32,000 nucleotides of DNA from Candidatus Scalindua sp. Lineage in GTDB: Bacteria; Planctomycetota; Brocadiia; Brocadiales; Scalinduaceae. The stretch spans positions 3,420,001-3,452,000 of the forward strand of contig JALDRA010000001.1 in the NCBI GenBank assembly GCA_031316235.1. The letters are read 5' to 3'. Shown here in pieces: positions 25,402-32,000 of this stretch. The notes under the pieces are model-generated. The model was given only the letters and a program-made list of their open reading frames with translations, did no database searches and was not told the origin of the DNA. How positions within the stretch are numbered: the stretch's first letter is position 1; each line of letters opens with the position of its first letter. The translations under genes and the position numbers were made by a program.

Positions 25402-26448
25402 TCAGGGTGCAGGAGTCTCCTTTTTACCTAATGACTTTACCATGGCGGTGATCATACCGATAAATGTAAAAACCCAGGCAGCATAAGCAGGATAGATAAA
25501 ATATTCTGAGATGTTTGAGATGAAAGGAATTTGTAAAGCCTCTGAAAGTTTAAAAGTACATGCGGTATACATACCTAAGGGGAAGACCATACCCCAATCT
25601 AGCGGCGTATACGTAAATGGTACTTTGTGTATAACAAACTTCCAGATTCCTAAAATTATTAAAAGCGGTATCCACCACGTACCGAATGACCAGAAAAACA
25701 GTGTGAATCCCTTTATGAATGGTACGAATTCGGTATAAATTCCCCCTATTTTCGGAGCACTTAAACATATGATGGAACCTGCCAGAGTGGTGATGGCAAT
25801 TGCACCCATGTTAATCCAGTAAGGAGGTATCAACGCCTCGGGAGCCAACTTGAAGAATACCAGTCGATAGAAAAGCAGGATAATTAAAACCACATAGAGG
25901 AAAGCTCCGATCATCCACCACACAATGGAAGCAAACATCACAAAACTGCTACTGGTCACAAATTGAGATGCAAGTGCCGCACCGAGAACTGCCACAGATT
26001 GAGTTCCCACGGTAGCTATCAGCCAGCCACCGTGTATTACTGCTTCCGGTCCCTCCTCACACTTGACAAAGAGTATACTGAACGAGAATAAGGAAACAGC
26101 AACCCAGAGAAAGATGCCGAAATACCAGAAAATTTTCGCAATTTCCGGCTGATTGACTATCGTGATGAATTGTGCACCCAGTACGTTTGTAGCTGCGACT
26201 GTGGTAAAAAATACCAGACTGAGTTTTGGATTACAAAGATCTTTGTATAGAGAGTCCCAGTAGATAAATACACGCAGTGTCTGGAAAGGTAAAAGTATTG
26301 TGTAGACAATGACATTTATGTAAAAAAGTGCCCATGCAATATCGGTAAAACCTAAAAGCCTGGATGCAATGGATATTATGCCTGTCGACATTACCATAGC
26401 AAAATAGGCTGGATGAAGCGTCTTAATTGACTCTTTGATAAAAGACAT
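25402..26448 (-). CDS. TDT/SLAC1-family (TehA/Mae1-like) anion or dicarboxylate transporter
   Basis: About 10 hydrophobic helices. The N-terminal HPAYFAMVMSTGIISIA and the DLCNPKLSLVFFTTVAATNVLG segment resemble TehA-family motifs, judged from memory. Confidence 0.55.
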   Translation of the reverse strand: MSFIKESIKTLHPAYFAMVMSTGIISIASRLLGFTDIAWALFYINVIVYTILLPFQTLRVFIYWDSLYKDLCNPKLSLVFFTTVAATNVLGAQFITIVNQPEIAKIFWYFGIFLWVAVSLFSFSILFVKCEEGPEAVIHGGWLIATVGTQSVAVLGAALASQFVTSSSFVMFASIVWWMIGAFLYVVLIILLFYRLVFFKLAPEALIPPYWINMGAIAITTLAGSIICLSAPKIGGIYTEFVPFIKGFTLFFWSFGTWWIPLLIILGIWKFVIHKVPFTYTPLDWGMVFPLGMYTACTFKLSEALQIPFISNISEYFIYPAYAAWVFTFIGMITAMVKSLGKKETPAP

Positions 26449-26506
26449 TTTTTTTATGTTCCTCCCTTAAAAGAAACATAGCCGATAGCTTTTTTCATCA
26501 TAATTG

Positions 26507-27529
26507 TCAGGTTGAAAGTTTATCGAGTAATTTCTCTGCTATTTGGACCGCATTTAAGGCTGCACCCTTTAACAAGTTATCACTGACTATCCACAGATTT
26601 AGGCCATTTTCAACAGACTCATCTTCCCGTATTCGGCCGACAAAGGTCTCGTCTTTACCGGCGGCTGATGATGCCAGTGGGTAGAGCTGTCTGGTTGGAT
26701 CATCAAGCACAATCAGGCCTTCAGCCTTGCTTAATATGATTCTCGCCTCATGCGCAGATATCTTTGATCTGGTCTCAATATTTACTGATTCACTATGACA
26801 GCGAAAAACGGGTACCCGTACGGTAGTTGTGGTGATACGAAAGGAGGAATCATCCAGAATCTTTCGAGTCTCCTTAATCATCTTCATCTCCTCTTCCGTA
26901 TACCCATTCGGCATAAAAGCATTGCTCTGAGGTATCTGGGGTAATATATTAAATGCTATCTGATGAGGAAATACGTTACGTTCGTAAGCTCCCCTCGTAT
27001 TCAGAAGAAATTCGGTCTCGTTTTTGAGCTCCTCTATAGCCACTAATCCAGCTCCAGAAACCGCCTGGTAAGTTGATACCACGACTCGTTTTATCTTTAC
27101 CGCATCGTGCAGGGGCTTCAAAACAAGAACTAATTGGATTGTTGAGCAGTTAGGGTTTGCGATTACGCCATTATGATCAGCAATTTTATCAGAGTTTACC
27201 TCAGGCACAACCAATGGAACATCATCATCCATTCTAAAAGCACTGGTATTGTCTATAACGACACAGTTACTTTCAACCGCATGTGGCACGAACTTTCTGC
27301 TTATAGTACCTCCTGCACTGAAAAGGGCGATGTCAATCCCCTCAAATGAATCTTCCCGGAGTTCCTGAACCTCTAACTTCTTTTCCCTGAATAGTATGCC
27401 CTTGCCTGCTGAACGGCGAGAGGCAAGGGGACGTAACGTGTCCACAGGGAAGTTCCTTCTTTCAAGCACCTTAAGCATTTCTGTGCCAACAGCACCTGTA
27501 ACTCCAACGACTGCAAGATTAACTCCCAA
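26507..27529 (-). CDS. asd: Aspartate-semialdehyde dehydrogenase
   Basis: VAVVGVTGAVGTEM NAD(P)-binding fold, the IANPNCSTIQLVLVLKPLH active-site Cys motif, YQAVSGAG, and a typical length of 340 aa. Confidence 0.9.
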   Translation of the reverse strand: MGVNLAVVGVTGAVGTEMLKVLERRNFPVDTLRPLASRRSAGKGILFREKKLEVQELREDSFEGIDIALFSAGGTISRKFVPHAVESNCVVIDNTSAFRMDDDVPLVVPEVNSDKIADHNGVIANPNCSTIQLVLVLKPLHDAVKIKRVVVSTYQAVSGAGLVAIEELKNETEFLLNTRGAYERNVFPHQIAFNILPQIPQSNAFMPNGYTEEEMKMIKETRKILDDSSFRITTTTVRVPVFRCHSESVNIETRSKISAHEARIILSKAEGLIVLDDPTRQLYPLASSAAGKDETFVGRIREDESVENGLNLWIVSDNLLKGAALNAVQIAEKLLDKLST

Positions 27530-27545
27530 CCTTCTTACTCCTTTC

Positions 27546-28511
27546 TTATCTGATGCGAATTAAGATATCATCAGTGATATCTAATCTGTGCCTGGTATGA
27601 TAAATCTGAGATAAAAACCTTTCAGCATCTTCAGGATATCCGGCTGTTGGTTTCAACTCTTTTACCTGTTCCTGCCAATAGATATTGAATAATCTGATAA
27701 ACAATTCACGAATGTATTTACTGAACATTGATGCCAGTGCTGTTGGAAAATGTTTTGAGTCCGCACCTTTGATAAACGATACATTCATACTTTTTGTTTC
27801 ATTGAGGATTCTATATGCTGATATCGAATTCCCCTCTGATATCACATTTACTGTGTGTCCCTGGAAACCCGTTGTTAGTAATTGGTGGTAGTAATTTCTT
27901 CCACCATGTTTATCTATTAAGACCCTGGGATCCTTTTCGCCGAAACAGTGAAAAATCTCCTTCATGTGTTGCAGGCTGTTATTGAAGAGGAGGATCGCCT
28001 TATTACGGGTACATTCAATCTGCCGGTTGATTTCGTGAACACACAGAAAAATGGTCTTAACTTCACGTAAAAGTATATTTTGTAGACTTGCCGAGCTATT
28101 AATCATCTCTGCACATTGCACTATTTTAGAAACACTTGAAGCAACAGGCAGATTGATATCTTTTCCCTTATACCACGGGTATTTATCCAGCACGCTGCTA
28201 TCAAGATTTGACAACAATTTCAGTAAATCAGAAAATCGTGTTACTTTCCAGTTTTTACTCCAGATAAAGGATAATACTGTCTCCTCAAGGATCCTCAATC
28301 CGCTTCTTTGTGAATACGTTTTCTTGCTATCATTCACAACGATACGATTGCCCCGGTTTTGAACCTTATCTGAAATTGCTCCTCCCAGCAGCTGCCAGAT
28401 ATTGGTATCATGATCACACCAGTGGGGCAACTCCATTACAACTGATGTTAAAACAAGTGGTCCGATTCTTGGGCCGTATCCGGCTTCATCAATACCAGCG
28501 ATTATGGCCAT
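27546..28511 (-). CDS. RNase HII-like protein with a large internal insertion
   Basis: IAGIDEAGYGPRIGPLV, NDSKK, VLIDKHGG, KGADSKHFPTALASMFSKYIRE and AGYPED line up with the RnhB motifs GVDEVGRGP, NDSKKL, VLIDG, KGDS..AASILAK..RD and GYP. About 85-100 extra residues sit between the DSKK and HEIN regions. Confidence 0.6.
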   Translation of the reverse strand: MAIIAGIDEAGYGPRIGPLVLTSVVMELPHWCDHDTNIWQLLGGAISDKVQNRGNRIVVNDSKKTYSQRSGLRILEETVLSFIWSKNWKVTRFSDLLKLLSNLDSSVLDKYPWYKGKDINLPVASSVSKIVQCAEMINSSASLQNILLREVKTIFLCVHEINRQIECTRNKAILLFNNSLQHMKEIFHCFGEKDPRVLIDKHGGRNYYHQLLTTGFQGHTVNVISEGNSISAYRILNETKSMNVSFIKGADSKHFPTALASMFSKYIRELFIRLFNIYWQEQVKELKPTAGYPEDAERFLSQIYHTRHRLDITDDILIRIR

Positions 28512-28534
28512 TTTTTCTCAGGGGATTTCTTATG

Positions 28535-28674
28535 TATACTAAAACCTGTATGGTGTCAGATTTTTCTAAGAACCAAAGGCTGAATAATGGTATCCCCGGA
28601 CAAAAAACGCCGGTGACTTTACTCGCTCGGTTATTTCCCGGATTTTATCCGAAAACCATTATAAGATGAGTATA
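28535..28674 (+). repeat. Interspersed structured intergenic repeat, copy C (full length, one hairpin module)
   Basis: TATACTAAAACCTGTATGGTGTCAG...CCCCGGACAAAAAACGCCGGTGA...CCCGGATTTTATCCGAAAACCATTATAAGATGAGTATA. Confidence 0.85.
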
Positions 28675-28845
28675 TCTCACGAACTGATAACAAAGAGATA
28701 AATAATACCGGGAGATTATAGCATGCTCATTATCGCTGTCAAGAAGCCATTTGACAGGTGTCGTTGATTGGGGATTTTGTTTTGATCAGTGGAAAACAGC
28801 TTAAAAGATTGTCGGTATATGATTGCTGTCCTGTTCCAATTCTCC

Positions 28846-28873
28846 TTGACAAAGATGTTGACTCAAATATAAT
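28846..28873 (+). promoter_or_regulatory. Near-consensus sigma70 promoter (TTGACA - 16 nt - TATAAT) ending 9 nt before ATG 28883
   Basis: TTGACA at 28846-28851 and TATAAT at 28868-28873 are both perfect hexamers. No SD lies between the -10 and the ATG, which implies a leaderless or near-leaderless mRNA. Confidence 0.45.
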
Positions 28874-28882
28874 GAACCAGCT

Positions 28883-29326
28883 ATGAAAAAAGTAATAGAA
28901 GGTTGCGTTGCAAGGATACTTGACGAATATAGAATAGTGATTACTGTCGGGTGCAGAGATGAAGTGAAAATTGGCATGGTTTTCGTTATTATTGCGCTGA
29001 GTGAAGACGAGATAAGAGATCCTGTGAGCAATGAAGTGCTTGGAAAGCTGGAAAATATCAAAGACTATGTTTCCGTAGTACATGTGCAGGACAAATTTTC
29101 TACCTGTGTTGCAAGAGAGAATACGAGAGTATTCCGGGATGGTGAGGATAGGGTTATGCAAACGCTCAGTGGTGCAATGATGGCTGAATCTATGACCGCC
29201 AGACGTGAAAAAGAGCGAAAAGATACGCGGAAATTGTATGTTAATACCTCTCAGATTACCGGTACACCTCAATTAAGACCTATTTCGGTAGGAGACACGG
29301 TACGTTCTGTCTGTTTGGCGGGTTAA
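28883..29326 (+). CDS. Hypothetical 147-aa protein (no family recognised)
   Basis: The + strand ORF has protein-like composition and a consensus promoter directly upstream. The competing minus-strand ORFs (28739..29272, 28801..29061) are rich in H/F/S/C/N, as antisense frames usually are. Confidence 0.5.
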   Translation: MKKVIEGCVARILDEYRIVITVGCRDEVKIGMVFVIIALSEDEIRDPVSNEVLGKLENIKDYVSVVHVQDKFSTCVARENTRVFRDGEDRVMQTLSGAMMAESMTARREKERKDTRKLYVNTSQITGTPQLRPISVGDTVRSVCLAG

Positions 29327-29363
29327 GTAGTTTTCGTACAGCCGCTCAGTGCATACGTCCAGA

Positions 29364-29502
29364 TATACTGAAACAGATTTTGTTTTAGTATTTTCTAAAA
29401 ACCAAGTCTGGTTAATGGTATCCCCGGACAAAAAACGCCGAGGACCTTACCCGCTCCGTTTTTTTCCGGATTGTATCCGAAAACCATTGTAAGTTGAGTA
29501 TA
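29364..29502 (+). repeat. Interspersed structured intergenic repeat, copy D (full length, one hairpin module)
   Basis: TATACTGAAACAGATTTTGTTTTAG...CCCCGGACAAAAAACGCCGAGGA...TCCGGATTGTATCCGAAAACCATTGTAAGTTGAGTATA. Confidence 0.85.
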
Positions 29503-29609
29503 CTTGAAAGCAGATCCAGTTCGGTTTAAATCTGTCTTTACGCCAAAGCGTGGCTCGTTGCTAAACAGGATTAAAATGATTTTTGTAAAACTGATACCAT
29601 AAGGGATAG

Positions 29610-30953
29610 ATGAAAGTAATAAAACTACAAGAGAGCGGTAATGAATTTGAGGTAGAAAAGATCAAACAGGGAATGAGTCTGTTTGCTGATATAATTTCGG
29701 TAAAGATGGCGGACAAGACGAGAGAGGTATTTGATGAACCTCTCTCACCAATAGAAAGTGTAAAGCGTATTATTTCTGATGTCAGGGAAAAAGGTGATAA
29801 TGCCTTATCGTATTATTCAGAAAAATTTGAGGGTGTTGCCTTATCTGCGAATGATTTTCGAGTCAAAGAGGAAGAGATTGAAGATGCCTACAGGAAGGTG
29901 TCCGCCGGCTTTTTACGAGCTATAAGAACTGCACGGGATAACATCAAGGTCTTCCAGGAACACATCCGTATGCATGAACCTGAACCATTTTATTCGAAGG
30001 GTACAAGAATAACCGTTACCTATGATCCAATTGAAAATGTTGGTCTTTATATCCCGGGAGGTTCTGCATCGTATCCTTCAACAGTACTCATGAATGCGAT
30101 GCCTGCTAAAGTTGCAGGGGTGAAAAATATCGCTGTCGTCTCACCGCCTGGGAAAGACGGGAGTTTATCACCTGAAAGGCTGGTTGCCTGCAAGGAATCT
30201 GAGGTAGATGAGATCTATAAGATTGGAGGCGTACATGCAGTTGCGGCGCTTGCATTCGGTACGAAGACAGTACGGAAGGTTGACATGATAGTTGGTCCGG
30301 GTAATATCTATGTTACCCTTGCCAAAAAAGAGGTATTTGGACATGTCGGAATCGATATATTAGCGGGTCCGAGCGAAGTCCTGATCATTGCGGATCATTC
30401 TGCAAATGCTGTTTTTATTGCTGCCGATCTGCTTTCTCAGGCGGAACATGCCCCTGGCATATCAATATTAGTTACCGACTCTGAGAAATTTGCAAATGAC
30501 GTCTTACATGAGACAGATCGGCAGTTGTTAAGTGTACCCCGGAGCGACTGCGTCAGAGAATCACTTGCGAAGTTTGGTTTCATTCTCATCACAAAAGATC
30601 TTGACGAGGCAATTGCTGTAACAAATACTCTTGCTCCAGAGCATCTCCAGATAGTTACAAGAAATGATGAAAGTGTTCTGTCGGGGATAAAGCATGCAGG
30701 GGCAATATTTCTGGGTCCCTATTCACCCGTTGCGGTAGGGGATTATATTGCCGGACCGTCCCATGTCTTACCAACGGGAAGCACCGCTCGATTTTTTTCC
30801 GGTTTGTCTGTGAACGACTTTCTGAAAAGGAAGAGTATTATGACAAATTCAAAACATGATCTGGCTTCACTGGCAGATGATATTATCACCATTTCAGAAG
30901 CTGAAGGTCTTTGGGCACATGCTCAATCGGTGCGCGTGAGAATGGAAAAATGA
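29610..30953 (+). CDS. hisD: Histidinol dehydrogenase
   Basis: 447 aa. Motifs LLSQAEHAPG, GDYIAGPSHVLPTGSTARF and GPSEVLIIAD are characteristic of HisD. Confidence 0.95.
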   Translation: MKVIKLQESGNEFEVEKIKQGMSLFADIISVKMADKTREVFDEPLSPIESVKRIISDVREKGDNALSYYSEKFEGVALSANDFRVKEEEIEDAYRKVSAGFLRAIRTARDNIKVFQEHIRMHEPEPFYSKGTRITVTYDPIENVGLYIPGGSASYPSTVLMNAMPAKVAGVKNIAVVSPPGKDGSLSPERLVACKESEVDEIYKIGGVHAVAALAFGTKTVRKVDMIVGPGNIYVTLAKKEVFGHVGIDILAGPSEVLIIADHSANAVFIAADLLSQAEHAPGISILVTDSEKFANDVLHETDRQLLSVPRSDCVRESLAKFGFILITKDLDEAIAVTNTLAPEHLQIVTRNDESVLSGIKHAGAIFLGPYSPVAVGDYIAGPSHVLPTGSTARFFSGLSVNDFLKRKSIMTNSKHDLASLADDIITISEAEGLWAHAQSVRVRMEK

Positions 30954-30986
30954 GTCTCGGATCTGGCTTTTATCTTGAACCTGTGA

Positions 30987-31098
30987 TATACTGAAACCGA
31001 TTTGGTTTTCGGTTTTTCTGGAAACCAAATCTTGGTGAAGGCATACTCGCTCCATTTTATCTCAGATTTTATCCGAAAACCATTATGAGATGAGTATA
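30987..31098 (+). repeat. Interspersed structured intergenic repeat, copy E (short form lacking the CCCCGGACAAAA..GAGGA module)
   Basis: TATACTGAAACCGATTTGGTTTTCGG...ACCAAATCTTGGT...TACTCGCTCCATTTTATCTCAGATTTTATCCGAAAACCATTATGAGATGAGTATA. It sits between hisD and hisC. Confidence 0.8.
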
Positions 31099-31176
31099 AT
31101 TCTGATCAGAAACCAGGTTTTCTCACATTCATTTTGACTCTTTAATTCTGGAGTGTCCAGACTGGATTTTATTACC

Positions 31177-32000
31177 ATGACAACACGATCAAGTTACTTT
31201 AGAAAGAACATTGATAGAATGGCCGGATACGTTCCTGGAGAACAACCCCGGGATGGCGCGTATATCAAGCTCAATACTAATGAGAATCCGTATCCACCAT
31301 CACCAAAAGTACTGGCGGCATTGAAGGAGGCTGTGGATGAAAAATTGCGGCTCTATCCCGATCCGAATGCAACGGCTGTGAAGGAAAAGGCGGCCGAGAT
31401 TTTTAGCACACGTCCTGAACGTGTCATGGTGGGGAATGGTTCAGATGAACTATTAACCATAATAATTCGCTGCTTTGTAGGGGAGGGAGATAAAGTTGTT
31501 TATCCCTATCCAACGTATCTGCTTTATAAGATCCTCTCTGATATTCAAGATGGTACGGTGTGCACTGTGAACTTTCCTGAAGACTATTCCCTACCGGAAG
31601 AGATTATAAGCAAGGGGGCATCAATTATTTTTATCTGTAATCCGAATTCTCCTTCCGGAACGATGGTATCTGTCGATGAGGTATCAAACATTGCAGGTAA
31701 GACAAACAGTGTAATTGTAGTTGATGAGGCATATGTTGATTTTGCTGATGATAACTGCTTGAGACTGGTAGACGAACATCCAAACCTGATTATCCTGCGT
31801 ACTTTGTCAAAGTCATATTCTTTAGCGGGAATGCGTCTGGGGTTTGCTGTTGCCCAGGAAGGCTTGATAGGCGGGATGATGAAGGTCAAGGATTCGTATA
31901 ATGTAAACAGGCTGGGTATGGCAGCTGCAATTGCAGCATTAGGTGATCAGGAAACATTCCGGGAAAACGTTGCCAGAATAAAACGGACGAGAGGACACCT
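31177..32000 (+). CDS. hisC: Histidinol-phosphate aminotransferase (3' end beyond window)
   Basis: Absent from the ORF track because there is no stop inside the window. My translation from ATG 31177 reads MTTRSSYFRKNIDRMAGYVPGEQP...IKLNTNENPYPPSP...VGNGSDELL...NPNSPSG...VVDEAYVDF...LRTLSKSYSLAGMRLGF. The frame is open to position 32000 and contains the PLP-Lys motif SKSYSLAG. Confidence 0.9.
   Translation, partial: MTTRSSYFRKNIDRMAGYVPGEQPRDGAYIKLNTNENPYPPSPKVLAALKEAVDEKLRLYPDPNATAVKEKAAEIFSTRPERVMVGNGSDELLTIIIRCFVGEGDKVVYPYPTYLLYKILSDIQDGTVCTVNFPEDYSLPEEIISKGASIIFICNPNSPSGTMVSVDEVSNIAGKTNSVIVVDEAYVDFADDNCLRLVDEHPNLIILRTLSKSYSLAGMRLGFAVAQEGLIGGMMKVKDSYNVNRLGMAAAIAALGDQETFRENVARIKRTRGH

Noticed and set aside
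28739-29272. 177-aa and 86-aa minus-strand ORFs competing with the 147-aa plus-strand ORF
   Set aside because: They have His/Phe/Ser/Cys/Asn-rich antisense-like composition. The consensus promoter (28846-28873) faces the + ORF. This remains a judgement call.
21710-31098. Whether the five repeats could be a CRISPR array or integron attC sites
   Set aside because: The repeat units are ~140 nt and are spaced 0.7-7 kb apart, or more than 20 kb in the case of copy A. They are separated by housekeeping genes on both strands. No cas or intI genes are present. This is neither CRISPR nor cassette-array geometry.
1-32000. Scan for tRNA-like T-arm strings (GGTTCGAAT/GGTTCAAAT types), rRNA, transposase or integrase signatures
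   Set aside because: The only near-matches fall inside confident CDSs. No cloverleaf context or mobile-element gene was found.

Overview
Gene-dense 32-kb window of AT-rich bacterial DNA (roughly 40% GC by eye). Positions 591-18704 are all on the + strand with short gaps and form one large respiratory gene cluster. In order it encodes a cupredoxin-like protein, a Rieske Fe-S protein, a b6-type cytochrome b, a candidate 45-aa micro-ORF and a GltD-like NAD(P)H flavoprotein with 2x[4Fe-4S]. These are followed by a subunit-IV-like cytochrome b C-terminal part, an octaheme cytochrome c, a second cupredoxin-like paralog and an orphan CydA-like (cytochrome bd subunit I-like) membrane protein with no CydB. 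The cluster ends with five more membrane-anchored c-type cytochromes (2+1+2+4+1 CxxCH, one fused to an EB_dh/NxrC-like heme b domain) and a USP-USP-PCP_red protein. The total is 18 CxxCH motifs. A split cytochrome b with a flavoprotein gene inserted between its halves is the architecture described for anammox Planctomycetes (Brocadiales). That is my best taxonomic guess, but it is inference only, since no hzs/hdh/nxrA lies in the window. The right 13 kb holds a small secreted protein, a long TPR protein, a secreted protein built of three ~108-aa internal repeats and a transglutaminase-like/TPR protein. It also holds a TDT/TehA-like transporter, asd, an RNase HII-like protein with a large insertion, an orphan 147-aa ORF behind a consensus promoter, hisD and the 5' part of hisC. 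The main non-genic signal is a ~140-nt structured intergenic repeat present in five copies, all in the same orientation, carrying 0, 1 or 2 copies of an internal hairpin module. I saw no tRNA, rRNA, CRISPR array, transposase or integrase.
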